The position numbers and the translations under genes were made by a program. Of a stretch of DNA of 64,000 nt, positions 1 to 9,463 are shown one piece after another. The stretch is from an uncultured Christensenella sp. (GTDB taxonomy: Bacteria > Bacillota > Clostridia > Christensenellales > Borkfalkiaceae). The stretch is taken from contig CAJTRW010000001.1 in NCBI GenBank assembly GCA_910578765.1, positions 3,386 through 67,385 on the forward strand, read 5' to 3'. Below the pieces are notes generated by a model. That model did no database searches. It was not told where the DNA came from and saw nothing but the letters and a program-made list of their open reading frames with translations. Position 1 is the first letter of the stretch. Each line of letters starts with the position of its first letter.

Positions 1-50
1 AGCACTGCCTGACCGCCGATATAAGTACAATTTTTTTTCTGTTTTGCCAT
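1..50 (-). CDS. DUF1385-family (YqhQ-like) protein, first 16 codons only; gene continues past the window start
   Basis: ATG at 50-48 (minus), translation MAKQKKNCTYIGGQAVL. The IGGQA-hydrophobic start and the position just downstream of rpmE match my memory of DUF1385 genes in Firmicutes. Too short to be sure. Confidence 0.35.
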   Translation of the reverse strand, partial: MAKQKKNCTYIGGQAV

Positions 51-156
51 TTTTACCTTTGATTTGTTTTCGGTCTGCAAGGAATACCCTCCTTACAATT
101 AATTTACGCAGCGGAATAAATAAATATAGCTCCAAAGAAATTTGGAGCCACATTGT

Positions 157-360
157 TTACAAACCGTATCTTTTGTTGAACTTGTCTACACGGCCGCCTG
201 TATCAACAAGCTTCTGCTTACCGGTGAAAAACGGATGACATTTGTTGCAGATATCAACCTTTAAGGTTTCGACGTTCTTTGTCGTACCGGTCTTGAAAGT
301 AGCTCCGCAAGCGCATACAACCGTTACTTCATGATAGTCGGGATGTATTTCGGGCTTCAT
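157..360 (-). CDS. rpmE: 50S ribosomal protein L31 (zinc-binding type A)
   Basis: 67 aa with the canonical L31 N-terminus [12 protein letters not shown]. Cys pairs CAC and CNKC are present. RBS agaggt lies upstream. Confidence 0.95.
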   Translation of the reverse strand: MKPEIHPDYHEVTVVCACGATFKTGTTKNVETLKVDICNKCHPFFTGKQKLVDTGGRVDKFNKRYGL

Positions 361-507
361 AATGTTACCTCTTTTTAATGCTTAATTCTTTAAATCTTAA
401 TAATTATATACAATATAACAAGTTAAGTCAATTGATTTTACGGCTATTCGACAAAAAAACATATGTTTTAAAAAAGTTGCTTATTTTGCGTTTTTAGGTT
501 ATTTTAG

Positions 508-536
508 TTGCCAAAAAGGCGTTTTTATCGTATAAT
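508..536 (+). promoter_or_regulatory. sigma-A type promoter, TTGCCA-17 nt-TATAAT
   Basis: TTGCCA at 508-513, 17-nt spacer, TATAAT at 531-536. It sits only 11 nt upstream of the ATG at 548. Confidence 0.5.
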
Positions 537-547
537 ATAGGTAATTT

Positions 548-1570
548 ATGGATAACTGGATTTTAAACGGCGTGCGTAATTTGGTAAATACGCCTGCCGC
601 GTCGGCGGAAATTTCGCCCACGCAGGTAAAAGTTAAAGTTACGCATCTGCTACTCTCCAATTACGACGCCCTGTTATGGGGCGGGGAGATTACCGCAAAA
701 TATCCCAAGACGTTAGGCAGGTTCGCCGTCGGTATAGTTACCGAAGCGGGCGCGGACTGTTACGGCATAAAGAAGAATAAGCGCGTGTATCTTCATCCCG
801 CAAGGGGCTGCGGCAAATGTCTTGCCTGCAAAAGCGGTAAAAAAGAAAATTGCACTGATATAGCGCTTGCCGGCAGAGATTTCGACGGTTTTCTGCGCGA
901 TTTCGTCGTATGCGATTATACTGAGGTTACACCTCTGCCCGACAACCTTGACGATATGCTTGCGCTTTGCATAGAAATGACGGGAATTGCCGAAAATATT
1001 TATGACAAACTTAATCTTTCCGCGGGTCAGAGAGTTGCGGTAATCGGCGGCGACTTTATGGGCAACATAATAGCGCAGGTTCTGCAATATCATAAGTTGA
1101 TTCCCATTGTTATCGAAAACAATCCCAGCAATTTGGATAAAGCGAAAAAGTGCGGCATAAGTTACGCTTTCCCCGACGACGACGACCTTGAAGGCAACGT
1201 TACGGACGCGACAAGCGGCGAGCTGTGCGACGCGGCGATATATTCGGCAAGCTCGCGCCTGCCTATGAATTTGCCTGCAAGACTTATCGGCAAGGAAAAA
1301 AGCATAGTTCTTAGCGGTTACACGGCAATGCACAGCAATATAGACGTATGCGACGTGCTTGAGAAAAATTTGAAAATTTTCGGCGTGACCAACGCTTACG
1401 GCTACACCGACGGGGTTATTAATATGCTGTTGCGCGGCGCCGTCAGGACCGACGTGTTCGACATAGAAGTTAAAACCGAGTACGACCCCGCTGCATTGAT
1501 TGCGGAGCGCTACGAAAACATCGCTTCGTCCAACAAAGCCAAAATGACGGTGCTTAAAATGATTCTCTGA
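548..1570 (+). CDS. Medium-chain dehydrogenase/reductase (zinc-ADH-like) family protein, divergent
   Basis: 340 aa. Structural-zinc lobe CGKCLACKSGKKENC and Rossmann segment VAVIGGDFMGN are present. The usual catalytic GHE is replaced by GRF, and the N-terminal catalytic Cys region reads SNYD. Confidence 0.7.
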   Translation: MDNWILNGVRNLVNTPAASAEISPTQVKVKVTHLLLSNYDALLWGGEITAKYPKTLGRFAVGIVTEAGADCYGIKKNKRVYLHPARGCGKCLACKSGKKENCTDIALAGRDFDGFLRDFVVCDYTEVTPLPDNLDDMLALCIEMTGIAENIYDKLNLSAGQRVAVIGGDFMGNIIAQVLQYHKLIPIVIENNPSNLDKAKKCGISYAFPDDDDLEGNVTDATSGELCDAAIYSASSRLPMNLPARLIGKEKSIVLSGYTAMHSNIDVCDVLEKNLKIFGVTNAYGYTDGVINMLLRGAVRTDVFDIEVKTEYDPAALIAERYENIASSNKAKMTVLKMIL

Positions 1571-1596
1571 CGCATACCGCGGGTTTCGATACCCGT

Positions 1597-2988
1597 ATGC
1601 GCAATTTACCGAAATTTATTTTTTCTTTGAATTTTTTATATATTGTCACGATTGCGGTTCAGGCGACCGCAATTATTTTTTTGTGCTTTTATATCCCTTC
1701 CTTTCTGCCGTCCGCAATTGTGTATGCCGCAATCTGGATAGTGACTGCGGCTGCGGCGACGGCGCTTTTTGCGCGCGGCGGCGCTCCCGAAGCAAAGTGC
1801 GCCTGGTTTGTGCTTATCACCGCTTTGCCCATAGCGGGCGCTGTCATATACCTGCTTGCCACTGTAAAGCGGAAGCCGTGCGGACTGCTGAAAATTAAAA
1901 CGCCTGACGGTAAAAGCTGTTGCGGGGCATGCGTTGCCGGCTACGACAGGGCGGAATACTTCGACTGCGGAAGCAAATTCTTTGACGCGGTATTCGAAGA
2001 AATTTCAAAGGCGCGTAAAAGCGTTTATCTGGAATTTTTTATAATAAGCCGCGGCACGGTGTTTGAAAGACTTACGGAGGCCTTGAACTCCGCCGCGCGC
2101 AACGGTGCGGAAATAAAAATTATTTACGACGGAATAGGCTCGGCTTTCAGAATAGGCAAAAAACAGATAAAACGGCTTGAAAAGCTTGGTGCCGAAGTCA
2201 AAATTTTTCACAGGCTGACCCCCTTCCCCCGCGCCCGCCTCAACTTCCGCGACCACCGTAAAATTATATCCGTCGACGGCAAAGCCGCCTTCACCGGCGG
2301 GATAAACATTGCCGACGAGTATGCGAATATAGACAGCCCGCACGGCTACTGGAAGGACAGCGGCGTCGGCGTCTACGGCGCGGCGGCTAAGGCGCTGGAA
2401 GCGATGTTTTTATCGGTCTGGTTCAAAAGCTTCGAAACGGAGCTGCCGTCGGGCGGAAATTTTTCATGTATGCCTTTTTACGACAGTCCGCCTTACAGGG
2501 CGTTTTGCGAGGACGCGTATGTCTGCGCCTTAAACAGAGCCGCCGAGCGTATTCATATTCTCACGCCGTATTTCTGCACAGGCGAAAAAACCGCGGCGGC
2601 GCTCAGGTTTGCGGCTTTACGCGGCGTGGACGTAAAAATAATAATACCGCATATTCCCGATAAGAAATATGCGTTTGAAATTTCAAAGGCGTATGCTAAA
2701 CCGCTTGCCGAGGCGGGCGTGAAGTTTTACGAATACACGCCCGGGTTCATGCACGCCAAATGCCTTATCTGCGACGGCGACGTCTATCTGGGAAGCTACA
2801 ACTTCGACTTCCGTTCCATGCACTATAACTTTGAATGCGGAATAAAGTTCGACGGGCGAATGACCGGTCTTGCGGAAAAGGATTTCGACTCTTGTTTAAA
2901 ACTTTCTTCCCCGCTCGACGAAAAACGTATAAGCGCGCCGCGACGTTTTTGCAGATTTCTTCTGAAGCTGTTCTCTCCGCTGATTTAA
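1597..2988 (+). CDS. cls: Cardiolipin synthase (PLD superfamily)
   Basis: 463 aa with N-terminal TM helices. Two HKD motifs are present (HRKIISVDG and HAKCLICDG). Confidence 0.9.
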   Translation: MRNLPKFIFSLNFLYIVTIAVQATAIIFLCFYIPSFLPSAIVYAAIWIVTAAAATALFARGGAPEAKCAWFVLITALPIAGAVIYLLATVKRKPCGLLKIKTPDGKSCCGACVAGYDRAEYFDCGSKFFDAVFEEISKARKSVYLEFFIISRGTVFERLTEALNSAARNGAEIKIIYDGIGSAFRIGKKQIKRLEKLGAEVKIFHRLTPFPRARLNFRDHRKIISVDGKAAFTGGINIADEYANIDSPHGYWKDSGVGVYGAAAKALEAMFLSVWFKSFETELPSGGNFSCMPFYDSPPYRAFCEDAYVCALNRAAERIHILTPYFCTGEKTAAALRFAALRGVDVKIIIPHIPDKKYAFEISKAYAKPLAEAGVKFYEYTPGFMHAKCLICDGDVYLGSYNFDFRSMHYNFECGIKFDGRMTGLAEKDFDSCLKLSSPLDEKRISAPRRFCRFLLKLFSPLI

Positions 2989-3041
2989 AAATTGCGGCGG
3001 TCGGAGTTGACACTCCGCCGCCGCAGTGGTATTATATTTGT

Positions 3042-3572
3042 ATGAAATTTTTAATAGCAAGCGATATTCACGGCTCCGCCGAATACTGCCGTCTGACGGC
3101 GGAAGCGTTCGCACGGGAAAAGGCGGATAAGCTTCTTCTTTTAGGCGATATACTTTACCACGGGCCGAGAAACCCTTTGCCTGCGGAATATTCCCCGCAG
3201 GAGGTTGTGCGTATCCTGTCCGGCTTGAAGGACAAAATTATCTGCGTGCAGGGCAACTGTGACAGCGAAGTCGACCAAATGGTTTTGCCCTTCCCCGTTT
3301 TGTGCGGTTATGCCGCGGTTTTCGCCGACGGATTGGAAATGATACTTTCGCACGGACACAGGGAAACGCCGCCGCTGAAAACGGGAAGCGTATATATCAC
3401 CGGACATACCCACGTTCCGCTGAACGCGGTTGAAAACGGCTGTTACCACCTTAATCCCGGGTCGGTTTCTCTGCCTAAAGAGGGCAGCGGACACGGATAT
3501 ATTGTGTATGAAAACAGGACTTTTGCGTTTAAGACCTTCGACGGAAATATTTACGACAAACTGAGCATATAA
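3042..3572 (+). CDS. YfcE-type metallophosphoesterase
   Basis: Start moved to MKFLIASDIHGS (ATG at 3042) inside track ORF 2835-3572. Calcineurin-like motifs DIHG, GDILYHG, GNCD, SHGH and GHTH are all present. Confidence 0.85.
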   Translation: MKFLIASDIHGSAEYCRLTAEAFAREKADKLLLLGDILYHGPRNPLPAEYSPQEVVRILSGLKDKIICVQGNCDSEVDQMVLPFPVLCGYAAVFADGLEMILSHGHRETPPLKTGSVYITGHTHVPLNAVENGCYHLNPGSVSLPKEGSGHGYIVYENRTFAFKTFDGNIYDKLSI

Positions 3573-3606
3573 AAAATCCGTCCGTTTTACGGACGGATTT
3601 TTTTGT
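3571..3606. terminator. Bidirectional rho-independent terminator
   Basis: Stem atccgtccg / cggacggat with loop tttta, flanked by an A-run and a T-run. It lies between convergent genes. Confidence 0.75.
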
Positions 3607-3611
3607 TTAAG

Positions 3612-3836
3612 TTATACGGGAATAATGCGCATAATGTGCTTGCTGACAATCATAAGGATTAAGTCGATAAGCCAAATGATACCCCAGCCGAGCAACAGAC
3701 GCAGAAGTCCTGCTACGATTTTGCCTTCCTGGAATCTGGTAACCGCGCCGCAAATCCAAGATGTTACGGGGATGATAGCCAAAATGAGGCTGACAATGTA
3801 GCTGAGGCCAAAATAATCGCTCTTACTAGCTGCCAT
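3612..3836 (-). CDS. Small two-TM membrane protein, TM2-domain-like
   Basis: 74 aa with two hydrophobic helices. The pattern TRFQEGKIVAGLLRLLLGWGIIWLIDLIL resembles the TM2 domain signature. Confidence 0.5.
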   Translation of the reverse strand: MAASKSDYFGLSYIVSLILAIIPVTSWICGAVTRFQEGKIVAGLLRLLLGWGIIWLIDLILMIVSKHIMRIIPV

Positions 3837-3980
3837 TTTAATTCTCCTTGAATAAATGTTTTGTAGTTATATTATACCATATCTGAAAAATATGTCAACA
3901 ATTAGCCGAAAAATATTTTAAGTCAAATATGAATAAAATTAATACCCTATATAATGTATTGCGTAATTTGGCAAATTATG

Positions 3981-4009
3981 ACAAAATGCGGCGGATTTCA
4001 CCGCCGCAT
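3981..4009 (-). terminator. Terminator of the alpha operon (after rplQ)
   Basis: Stem atgcggcgg / ccgccgcat, followed on the minus strand by TTTTGT. It lies 12 nt after the rplQ stop. Confidence 0.65.
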
Positions 4010-4020
4010 TTCAGTTTGCG

Positions 4021-4527
4021 TTAAACAAGCTCTATTATAGCTTCTTCCGCGCCGTCGCCGCGGCGCGAGCCGAGCAGATATACGCGCGTGTATCCGCCGC
4101 CCTGACCGAGTTCTTCGGCACGCTGTGCGTATTTGGGCGCAATTTCGTTGAAAAGCTTTTCCATAAGGGGATGCTGAATATCCGCCGTTCTCTTTTTGAA
4201 GTCGGACTTCTTTTCGCTGAAAGCCTTTACTTCCTGCAAGTCGCGCAGCTTAGCCATGATAGCGCGGCGCGCCGCAAGCTTTTTGGGGCTGTCCTTTATG
4301 GATTTTACGGTAACTTCTTTACCTTTTTTATCGGCTTTTTTGGTCTGCGTTTCGACATTGTCGTCGTAGACCTTTACCGCTTTGGTTATGATTTTTTCAA
4401 CGTAGGGCTGCAAAGCCTTAGCTCTCGCTTTGGTCGTGGTTATTTTACCGTACCACAACAGTTCGGAAGCCTGGTTACGGAGCATTGCCTGTCTTTGCTC
4501 AGCCGTCATTCCTAATTTTGCGGGCAT
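4021..4527 (-). CDS. rplQ: 50S ribosomal protein L17 (with a lysine-rich internal insert)
   Basis: 168 aa. LRNQASELLWYGKITTT-ARAK and the C-terminal GGYTRV...RRGDGA are L17 hallmarks. It is the last gene after rpoA. Confidence 0.93.
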   Translation of the reverse strand: MPAKLGMTAEQRQAMLRNQASELLWYGKITTTKARAKALQPYVEKIITKAVKVYDDNVETQTKKADKKGKEVTVKSIKDSPKKLAARRAIMAKLRDLQEVKAFSEKKSDFKKRTADIQHPLMEKLFNEIAPKYAQRAEELGQGGGYTRVYLLGSRRGDGAEEAIIELV

Positions 4528-4530
4528 CTT

Positions 4531-5484
4531 TTAATCCTCCTTGTTAGAAAGTGTAAGACCGTAAGACTGAAGCTTCAAAATAACTTCGTCCAAAGACTTC
4601 CTGCCGAGGTTTCTTACCTTTAACATCTCGTCTTCCGTCTTTCTTGTAAGATCTTCCACCGTATGAATGTTTGCGCGCTTTAAGCAGTTGTAGGAACGGA
4701 CGGAAAGGTCCATTTCCTCTATTGCCATAGCGAGTATCTTCTGTTGCTTGTCGTCCTCGTTCTTGACGAGAATATCCATACCCCTTATCGTTTCCGAAAG
4801 GTCTACGAAAAGCGAAATATGATCCTGCATTATCTTCGCCGCGAGGGAAACTATTTCCTTTGCGCCGAACGCGCCGTTCGTCCAAACTTCCAGCGTAAGC
4901 TTGTCATAGTCGGTGTTCTGTCCGACGCGGGTATTTTCAACCGAATAGTTTACCTTTTTAACCGGCGTATAGATGGAATCCACGGGGATATAGTCGAGAA
5001 GCTCGGTACGGGTATGATCCGCGCCCTTATAGCCCCTGCCGCGGCCCACGGTTATTTCCATATCGATTTTGCCGCCGGCGTCGACGGTACAGATGTGCGC
5101 GTCGCCGTTTATTATTTCTATTTCGGCATCTTCCTGAATGTCGCTTGCCTTAACCTCGCAGGGACCTTCCTTGTACAGGCGGAGAACCTTTACATAGTCC
5201 TTGTCCGTTATGCGGGTTTTTATTGCAAGAGATTTGAGATTAAGTATAATTTCAGTTACGTCCTCTTTGACGCCCGCGACAGCGGAAAACTCGTGCTTGA
5301 CGCTTCCGTCGAGGAATCTTACGCCCTGCGCCGCCGCCCCGGGAAGCGCCGATAAGAGAATTCTTCTCAGACAGTTGCCTATCGTCAGACCGAAGCCTTT
5401 TTCAAGCGGCTCTACCACTACTTTCGCATAGGCTTGATCGTCGCTTTCTTCGACCTCGATTTTGGGCATATCCATTTCGATCAT
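4531..5484 (-). CDS. rpoA: DNA-directed RNA polymerase subunit alpha
   Basis: 317 aa. GNCLRRILLSALPG and the C-terminal helix-hairpin-helix LSVRSYNCLKRANI...NLGRKSLDE are present. Confidence 0.97.
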   Translation of the reverse strand: MIEMDMPKIEVEESDDQAYAKVVVEPLEKGFGLTIGNCLRRILLSALPGAAAQGVRFLDGSVKHEFSAVAGVKEDVTEIILNLKSLAIKTRITDKDYVKVLRLYKEGPCEVKASDIQEDAEIEIINGDAHICTVDAGGKIDMEITVGRGRGYKGADHTRTELLDYIPVDSIYTPVKKVNYSVENTRVGQNTDYDKLTLEVWTNGAFGAKEIVSLAAKIMQDHISLFVDLSETIRGMDILVKNEDDKQQKILAMAIEEMDLSVRSYNCLKRANIHTVEDLTRKTEDEMLKVRNLGRKSLDEVILKLQSYGLTLSNKED

Positions 5485-5509
5485 TTTGTTACCTCCTGAA
5501 ATTTAGATG

Positions 5510-6133
5510 TTATTTGGAGTATAATTCGACAATCATGTGTTCGGAAATCTGGCTGTCGATATCTTCTCTGGTGGGAAGCGCTAAGATTTTGCCTTCAAGC
5601 TTTTCGGGGTTGAACTCCAACCACTTGGGCATAACGCCCACTTTCATAGCCTTAATCGCTTCGAAATATTTATTTGAGGCTTTACTTTCTTTAACGGTTA
5701 TAACGTCGCCTGCCTTAATTACAAAGGAAGGAATATTGACTTTTTTGCCGTTGACAAGAAAATGACCGTGATTTACAAGCTGCCTTGCCTGCGAGCGGCT
5801 TGCGCCTATACCCATACGGTAAATAACGTTGTCGAGTCTGCGTTCCAAAAGCGAAAGCATGTTTTCGCCGGTTATGCCCTTCATTCTGTCGGCTTTCTCG
5901 TAATATGCGCGGAACTGACCTTCCTGAACGCCGTAAATACGTTTAACCTTCTGCTTTTCACGAAGCTGCTGACCGTATTCGGAAACCTTTTTTCTGCCTG
6001 CGCCGTGTACTCCGGGAGGGGTAGGTCTCTTTTCGAACGGACATTTGCCCGTATAACATTTATCGCCCTTTAAAAACAGTTTTCCGCCTTCCCTTCTGCA
6101 AAGACGGCATTTTGCTTCTCTGTAAGTTGCCAT
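5510..6133 (-). CDS. rpsD: 30S ribosomal protein S4
   Basis: 207 aa. N-terminal CRLCRREG...KGDKC zinc-finger type and the S4 RNA-binding domain RLDNVIYR are present. Confidence 0.96.
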   Translation of the reverse strand: MATYREAKCRLCRREGGKLFLKGDKCYTGKCPFEKRPTPPGVHGAGRKKVSEYGQQLREKQKVKRIYGVQEGQFRAYYEKADRMKGITGENMLSLLERRLDNVIYRMGIGASRSQARQLVNHGHFLVNGKKVNIPSFVIKAGDVITVKESKASNKYFEAIKAMKVGVMPKWLEFNPEKLEGKILALPTREDIDSQISEHMIVELYSK

Positions 6134-6152
6134 ATCTTTCTTCTACCTCCGA

Positions 6153-6557
6153 TTATACTCTGCGACGCTTGGGCGGTCTGCAACCGTTGTGGGGAATGGG
6201 CGAAACGTCGGAAATCAAAGTAATTTCCAAATCGCATGCGCCGATTGCCCTTATAGCCGACTCTCTGCCCGCGCCGGGACCCTTTACGTAAACTTCCACA
6301 GAACGCAGTCCGTGGTCCTTAGCGGCTTTAAGCGCCGTTTCGCAAGCCATCTGCGCCGCGAACGGAGTGCCTTTTCTGGAACCCTTGAAGTTAAGGCTGC
6401 CGGCACTTGACCAGGATATTACGTTGCCCTGTAAATCGGTTACGGTAATAAGCGTATTGTTGAAAGTGGACTGGATATGAACCTGACCCTTATCTACTTT
6501 TTTAAGCTCTCTGCGTTTTCTGGAAACGGTTTGCTTTTTGTTGTTAGCTGATGCCAT
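6153..6557 (-). CDS. rpsK: 30S ribosomal protein S11
   Basis: 134 aa. [16 protein letters not shown] and the C-terminal [13 protein letters not shown] are present. Confidence 0.97.
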   Translation of the reverse strand: MASANNKKQTVSRKRRELKKVDKGQVHIQSTFNNTLITVTDLQGNVISWSSAGSLNFKGSRKGTPFAAQMACETALKAAKDHGLRSVEVYVKGPGAGRESAIRAIGACDLEITLISDVSPIPHNGCRPPKRRRV

Positions 6558-6569
6558 ACCTTATCCTCC

Positions 6570-6944
6570 TTACTTCGCTCCCTTCTTCTTTGCAACCGTG
6601 CGGCGGGGACCTTTTCTCGTCCTCGCGTTGGTTTTTGTGGACTGTCCGCGTACGGGCAGACCTTTTCTGTGACGAATGCCGCGATAGCATCCTATTTCCA
6701 TAAGTCTTTTTATATTGAGCGAAACCTCGCTTCTGAGTTCGCCCTCAACCCTGTAATTATGGTCGATATATTCTCTCAGTTTGGATACGGCGTTTTCGTC
6801 CAAATCTTTAACTCTCGTGTCGGGGTCTATGCCCGTCGCCGCAAGAATTTTTTGGGACGTCTTCAAACCGATACCGTAGATATAGGTAAGCCCTATTTCT
6901 ATTCTCTTTTCTCTGGGTAAATCTACACCGGCAATACGTGCCAT
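6570..6944 (-). CDS. rpsM: 30S ribosomal protein S13
   Basis: 124 aa. [14 protein letters not shown] and [15 protein letters not shown] are present. Confidence 0.97.
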   Translation of the reverse strand: MARIAGVDLPREKRIEIGLTYIYGIGLKTSQKILAATGIDPDTRVKDLDENAVSKLREYIDHNYRVEGELRSEVSLNIKRLMEIGCYRGIRHRKGLPVRGQSTKTNARTRKGPRRTVAKKKGAK

Positions 6945-7056
6945 AACGATTTAATTCCTCCGTTAAAATTTTAAAAAGTGTATTTTTGTATGTCAACCGC
7001 TCGGCGCGCCCGCCCGAAAATTCGGAATGAGGCGGAAAACGCAGACGGAATTGTTT

Positions 7057-7164
7057 TTAACCTTACGTTAACGATGTATCATTATTGCTTTTGCGGCAAT
7101 TCTTTTTGCCGCCCGTCAAGCATAACCTTACGTTAACGACGTATCTTTATTGCTTTGACTGCAA
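7057..7164. repeat. Two copies of a ~43-bp direct repeat (period 65 bp) inside the rpsM-rpmJ spacer
   Basis: 7057-7099 reads taaccttacgttaacgatgtatcattattgcttttgcggcaat. 7122-7164 reads taaccttacgttaacgacgtatctttattgctttgactgcaat. A gcggcaa/ttgccgc hairpin lies at 7092-7111. Confidence 0.8.
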
Positions 7165-7381
7165 TCTGCTTTATAATAAGCAACCGTCATACCGCGCGTT
7201 AGCAAAGTATCTTGCAAGATTCTTCACTTCGTTCAGAATGACACAAAGAGGCGTGCAAGGCGTCTTCACTGCGCACAAAATTACAAAACAGGCGTAGCGG
7301 TGACGAGGCATGCCTATAACTGCTCCTCATACGTGAAGCCGTGCCCTTTTGGGAAGGCAAAGCGCGTAAATTCGCCCGACG

Positions 7382-7498
7382 TTAGCCCTGACGCTGTTTA
7401 TGACTTTTGTTCTTGGAACAAATAATCATTACTTTACCGTTTCTTTTAATTACTTTGCATTTATCGCACATAGGCTTTACAGAAGGTCTTACTTTCAT
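7382..7498 (-). CDS. rpmJ: 50S ribosomal protein L36 (absent from the ORF track because it is under 60 aa)
   Basis: Hand translation gives [38 protein letters not shown], 38 aa. The CxxC...C..H zinc form is present, with ATG at 7498-7496. Confidence 0.95.
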   Translation of the reverse strand: MKVRPSVKPMCDKCKVIKRNGKVMIICSKNKSHKQRQG

Positions 7499-7521
7499 TT
7501 TCCTTATCTCCTTAAAATGTA

Positions 7522-7743
7522 CTAATTCTTACTACGCCAGACTATCCTGCCTTTGGTCAAATCGTAGGGGCTCATTTCAAGCTTGACGTTATCGCCCTCT
7601 ATGATTCTTATATAATTCATGCGGAGCTTACCTGAAATGTAAGCCGTAATTATATAGCCGTTTGACAGTTTAACCTTGAAATTTGCGTTGGGCAGGCACT
7701 CTATTACCTTGCCTTCCGCTTCGATTACGTCGTCTTTGGACAT
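7522..7743 (-). CDS. infA: Translation initiation factor IF-1
   Basis: 73 aa. AKDDVIE-type start and the S1-like fold sequence [23 protein letters not shown] are present. Confidence 0.96.
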   Translation of the reverse strand: MSKDDVIEAEGKVIECLPNANFKVKLSNGYIITAYISGKLRMNYIRIIEGDNVKLEMSPYDLTKGRIVWRSKN

Positions 7744-8079
7744 TTAAACCTCTTCATTTTTGCACGCCGGCGGCGTATTTATTTCTTGATTTTCCTGTTT
7801 TTTTGCGGGGTCGTTGTAAATTCTCAATGCGGAATAAATTTCCGTATCGAACACCTGCCTGCCGTCCTCGAATTTTGCGGCTATCGACTCCGCCTTTTCG
7901 GGAAGAAGCCTGAGGTGTTTGAGATTTTTCTTTTTAGGCGCGGCAAGCTTTTTAAAATTGCCGTCCACGACGCCCACGGAGCTTTCGTTATAAACGTAAC
8001 GTATTATATAGTATCTGTCTTTGTCTCTGCCCTGCGTACTTTGACATATTCCGCCGGGAACAGGGGTTTTAACTTTCAT
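7744..8079 (-). CDS. KOW-domain RNA-binding protein (the map-infA spacer gene typical of Clostridia)
   Basis: MKVKTPVPGGICQSTQGRDKDRYYII. Start set at ATG 8079 (GGTGAG RBS 5 nt upstream) rather than the GTG at 8085. Confidence 0.75.
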   Translation of the reverse strand: MKVKTPVPGGICQSTQGRDKDRYYIIRYVYNESSVGVVDGNFKKLAAPKKKNLKHLRLLPEKAESIAAKFEDGRQVFDTEIYSALRIYNDPAKKQENQEINTPPACKNEEV

Positions 8080-8092
8080 GAACACTCACCGT

Positions 8093-8839
8093 TTACAGCG
8101 TTAAAATTTCTACCCCGTCCTCTTTGATAAGAACGGTATTTTCATAGTGCGCGGCGGGCTTCGAATCCGCGGTGCGCACAGTCCAGCCGTCGCTTCTGTC
8201 GAACGTTACTTTATACGTCCCCATGTTTATCATCGGTTCTATACAAATGGTCATGCCCGCTTTCAGACGCATACCCGTGCCTTTTTTGCCGTAATTGGGA
8301 ACGGACGGATCCTCGTGCATTTCCTTACCTATACCGTGACCGGTAAGCGCGCGCACGACGCCGTAACCGTTCGCTTCCGCATGGGTCTGAACCGCGTATC
8401 CGATATCGAAAAGCGGCGTGCCTTCGCGTAAGCCTTCCACAGCCTTGAAAAAGCACTCCTCGGTGACCTTGACAAGTCTTTTTTTATCCTCCGAAACGTT
8501 GCCTATTAAAAACGTCCTGCATGCGTCGCCGTGATAACCGTTCTTTTCCGCGGTTATGTCGACGCTGACGATATCGCCGTCGAGAATTACTCTGTCGGAA
8601 GGTATTCCGTGAACCACGACTTCGTTTACCGAAACGCAGGAGCTTGCGGGATAACCCTGATAGCCCAGCTCGGACGGATACGCCCCGCAGGAGGTTATAT
8701 ATCTGTAAACAAGCTCGTCAACCTGCTTAGTGGTCATGCCTGCGCGGATATTTTTACCCACGAAATCAAGCGTTTCCTTTACGATGCGGCAACTTTCGCG
8801 CATCAGCTCTATTTGGTTTTCGCTTTTCAGAGTTACCAT
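8093..8839 (-). CDS. map: Type I methionine aminopeptidase
   Basis: 248 aa. Metal-ligand context is present: DIVSVDI, GYHGD, TGHGIG, ICIEP, YENT. Confidence 0.95.
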   Translation of the reverse strand: MVTLKSENQIELMRESCRIVKETLDFVGKNIRAGMTTKQVDELVYRYITSCGAYPSELGYQGYPASSCVSVNEVVVHGIPSDRVILDGDIVSVDITAEKNGYHGDACRTFLIGNVSEDKKRLVKVTEECFFKAVEGLREGTPLFDIGYAVQTHAEANGYGVVRALTGHGIGKEMHEDPSVPNYGKKGTGMRLKAGMTICIEPMINMGTYKVTFDRSDGWTVRTADSKPAAHYENTVLIKEDGVEILTL

Positions 8840-8840
8840 T

Positions 8841-9461
8841 TTAACCGAGCAATCCGCACACGGCGGCGAAAACCTCGTCCGGAGTTTTCGTACCGCACAT
8901 TACGGTTTTCAATTTATTCTGCGCGCCGTAATAGGAAATCAGCGGAGCGGTCTGAATATTGTAGGTCGCAAGTCTTGCCTTCACCGTTTCGGGATTGTCG
9001 TCCTCGCGCGCGTACAGCTTGCCGCCGCACTTTGCACAGGTATCTTTGCCGTTAAGCGTAGAAATATGATAACTTGCCCCGCATGAGCAGACGCGCCTGC
9101 CGCATATTCTTTCTAAAAGAAGCGCTTCGTCCACGTCTATATCGAGACACACGTCTATGCTTGCAAACTTATCAAGCTCGTGCGCCTGAATGAGATTGCG
9201 CGGAAACCCGTCGAGCACGTATCCCGCGGAAACGTCCTTCTTTTCAAGCCTTTGCCTGACAATTTCGCACGTTACCTCGTCAGGAACCAGCTTGCCGGCG
9301 TCTATATAAGATTTGGCAACCTGACCTATGGGCGTATTGTCTTTAATATTCGCGCGGAAAATATCTCCCGTCGATATATGGACAAGTCCGTACTTTTCGG
9401 CTATCCTTACAGCCTGCGTGCCTTTTCCCGCGCCCGGGGCGCCGAGTAAAACTATGTTCAT
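8841..9461 (-). CDS. adk: Adenylate kinase (zinc-lid type)
   Basis: 206 aa. P-loop GAPGAGKGTQ is present, and the lid carries CSCG...CAKCGG. Confidence 0.96.
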   Translation of the reverse strand: MNIVLLGAPGAGKGTQAVRIAEKYGLVHISTGDIFRANIKDNTPIGQVAKSYIDAGKLVPDEVTCEIVRQRLEKKDVSAGYVLDGFPRNLIQAHELDKFASIDVCLDIDVDEALLLERICGRRVCSCGASYHISTLNGKDTCAKCGGKLYAREDDNPETVKARLATYNIQTAPLISYYGAQNKLKTVMCGTKTPDEVFAAVCGLLG

Positions 9462-9463
9462 AA

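Noticed and set aside
7085-7297. 70-aa plus-strand ORF inside the rpsM-rpmJ spacer.
   Set aside because: It is on the strand opposite the operon, has no RBS and spans the direct repeats, so it is more likely non-coding.
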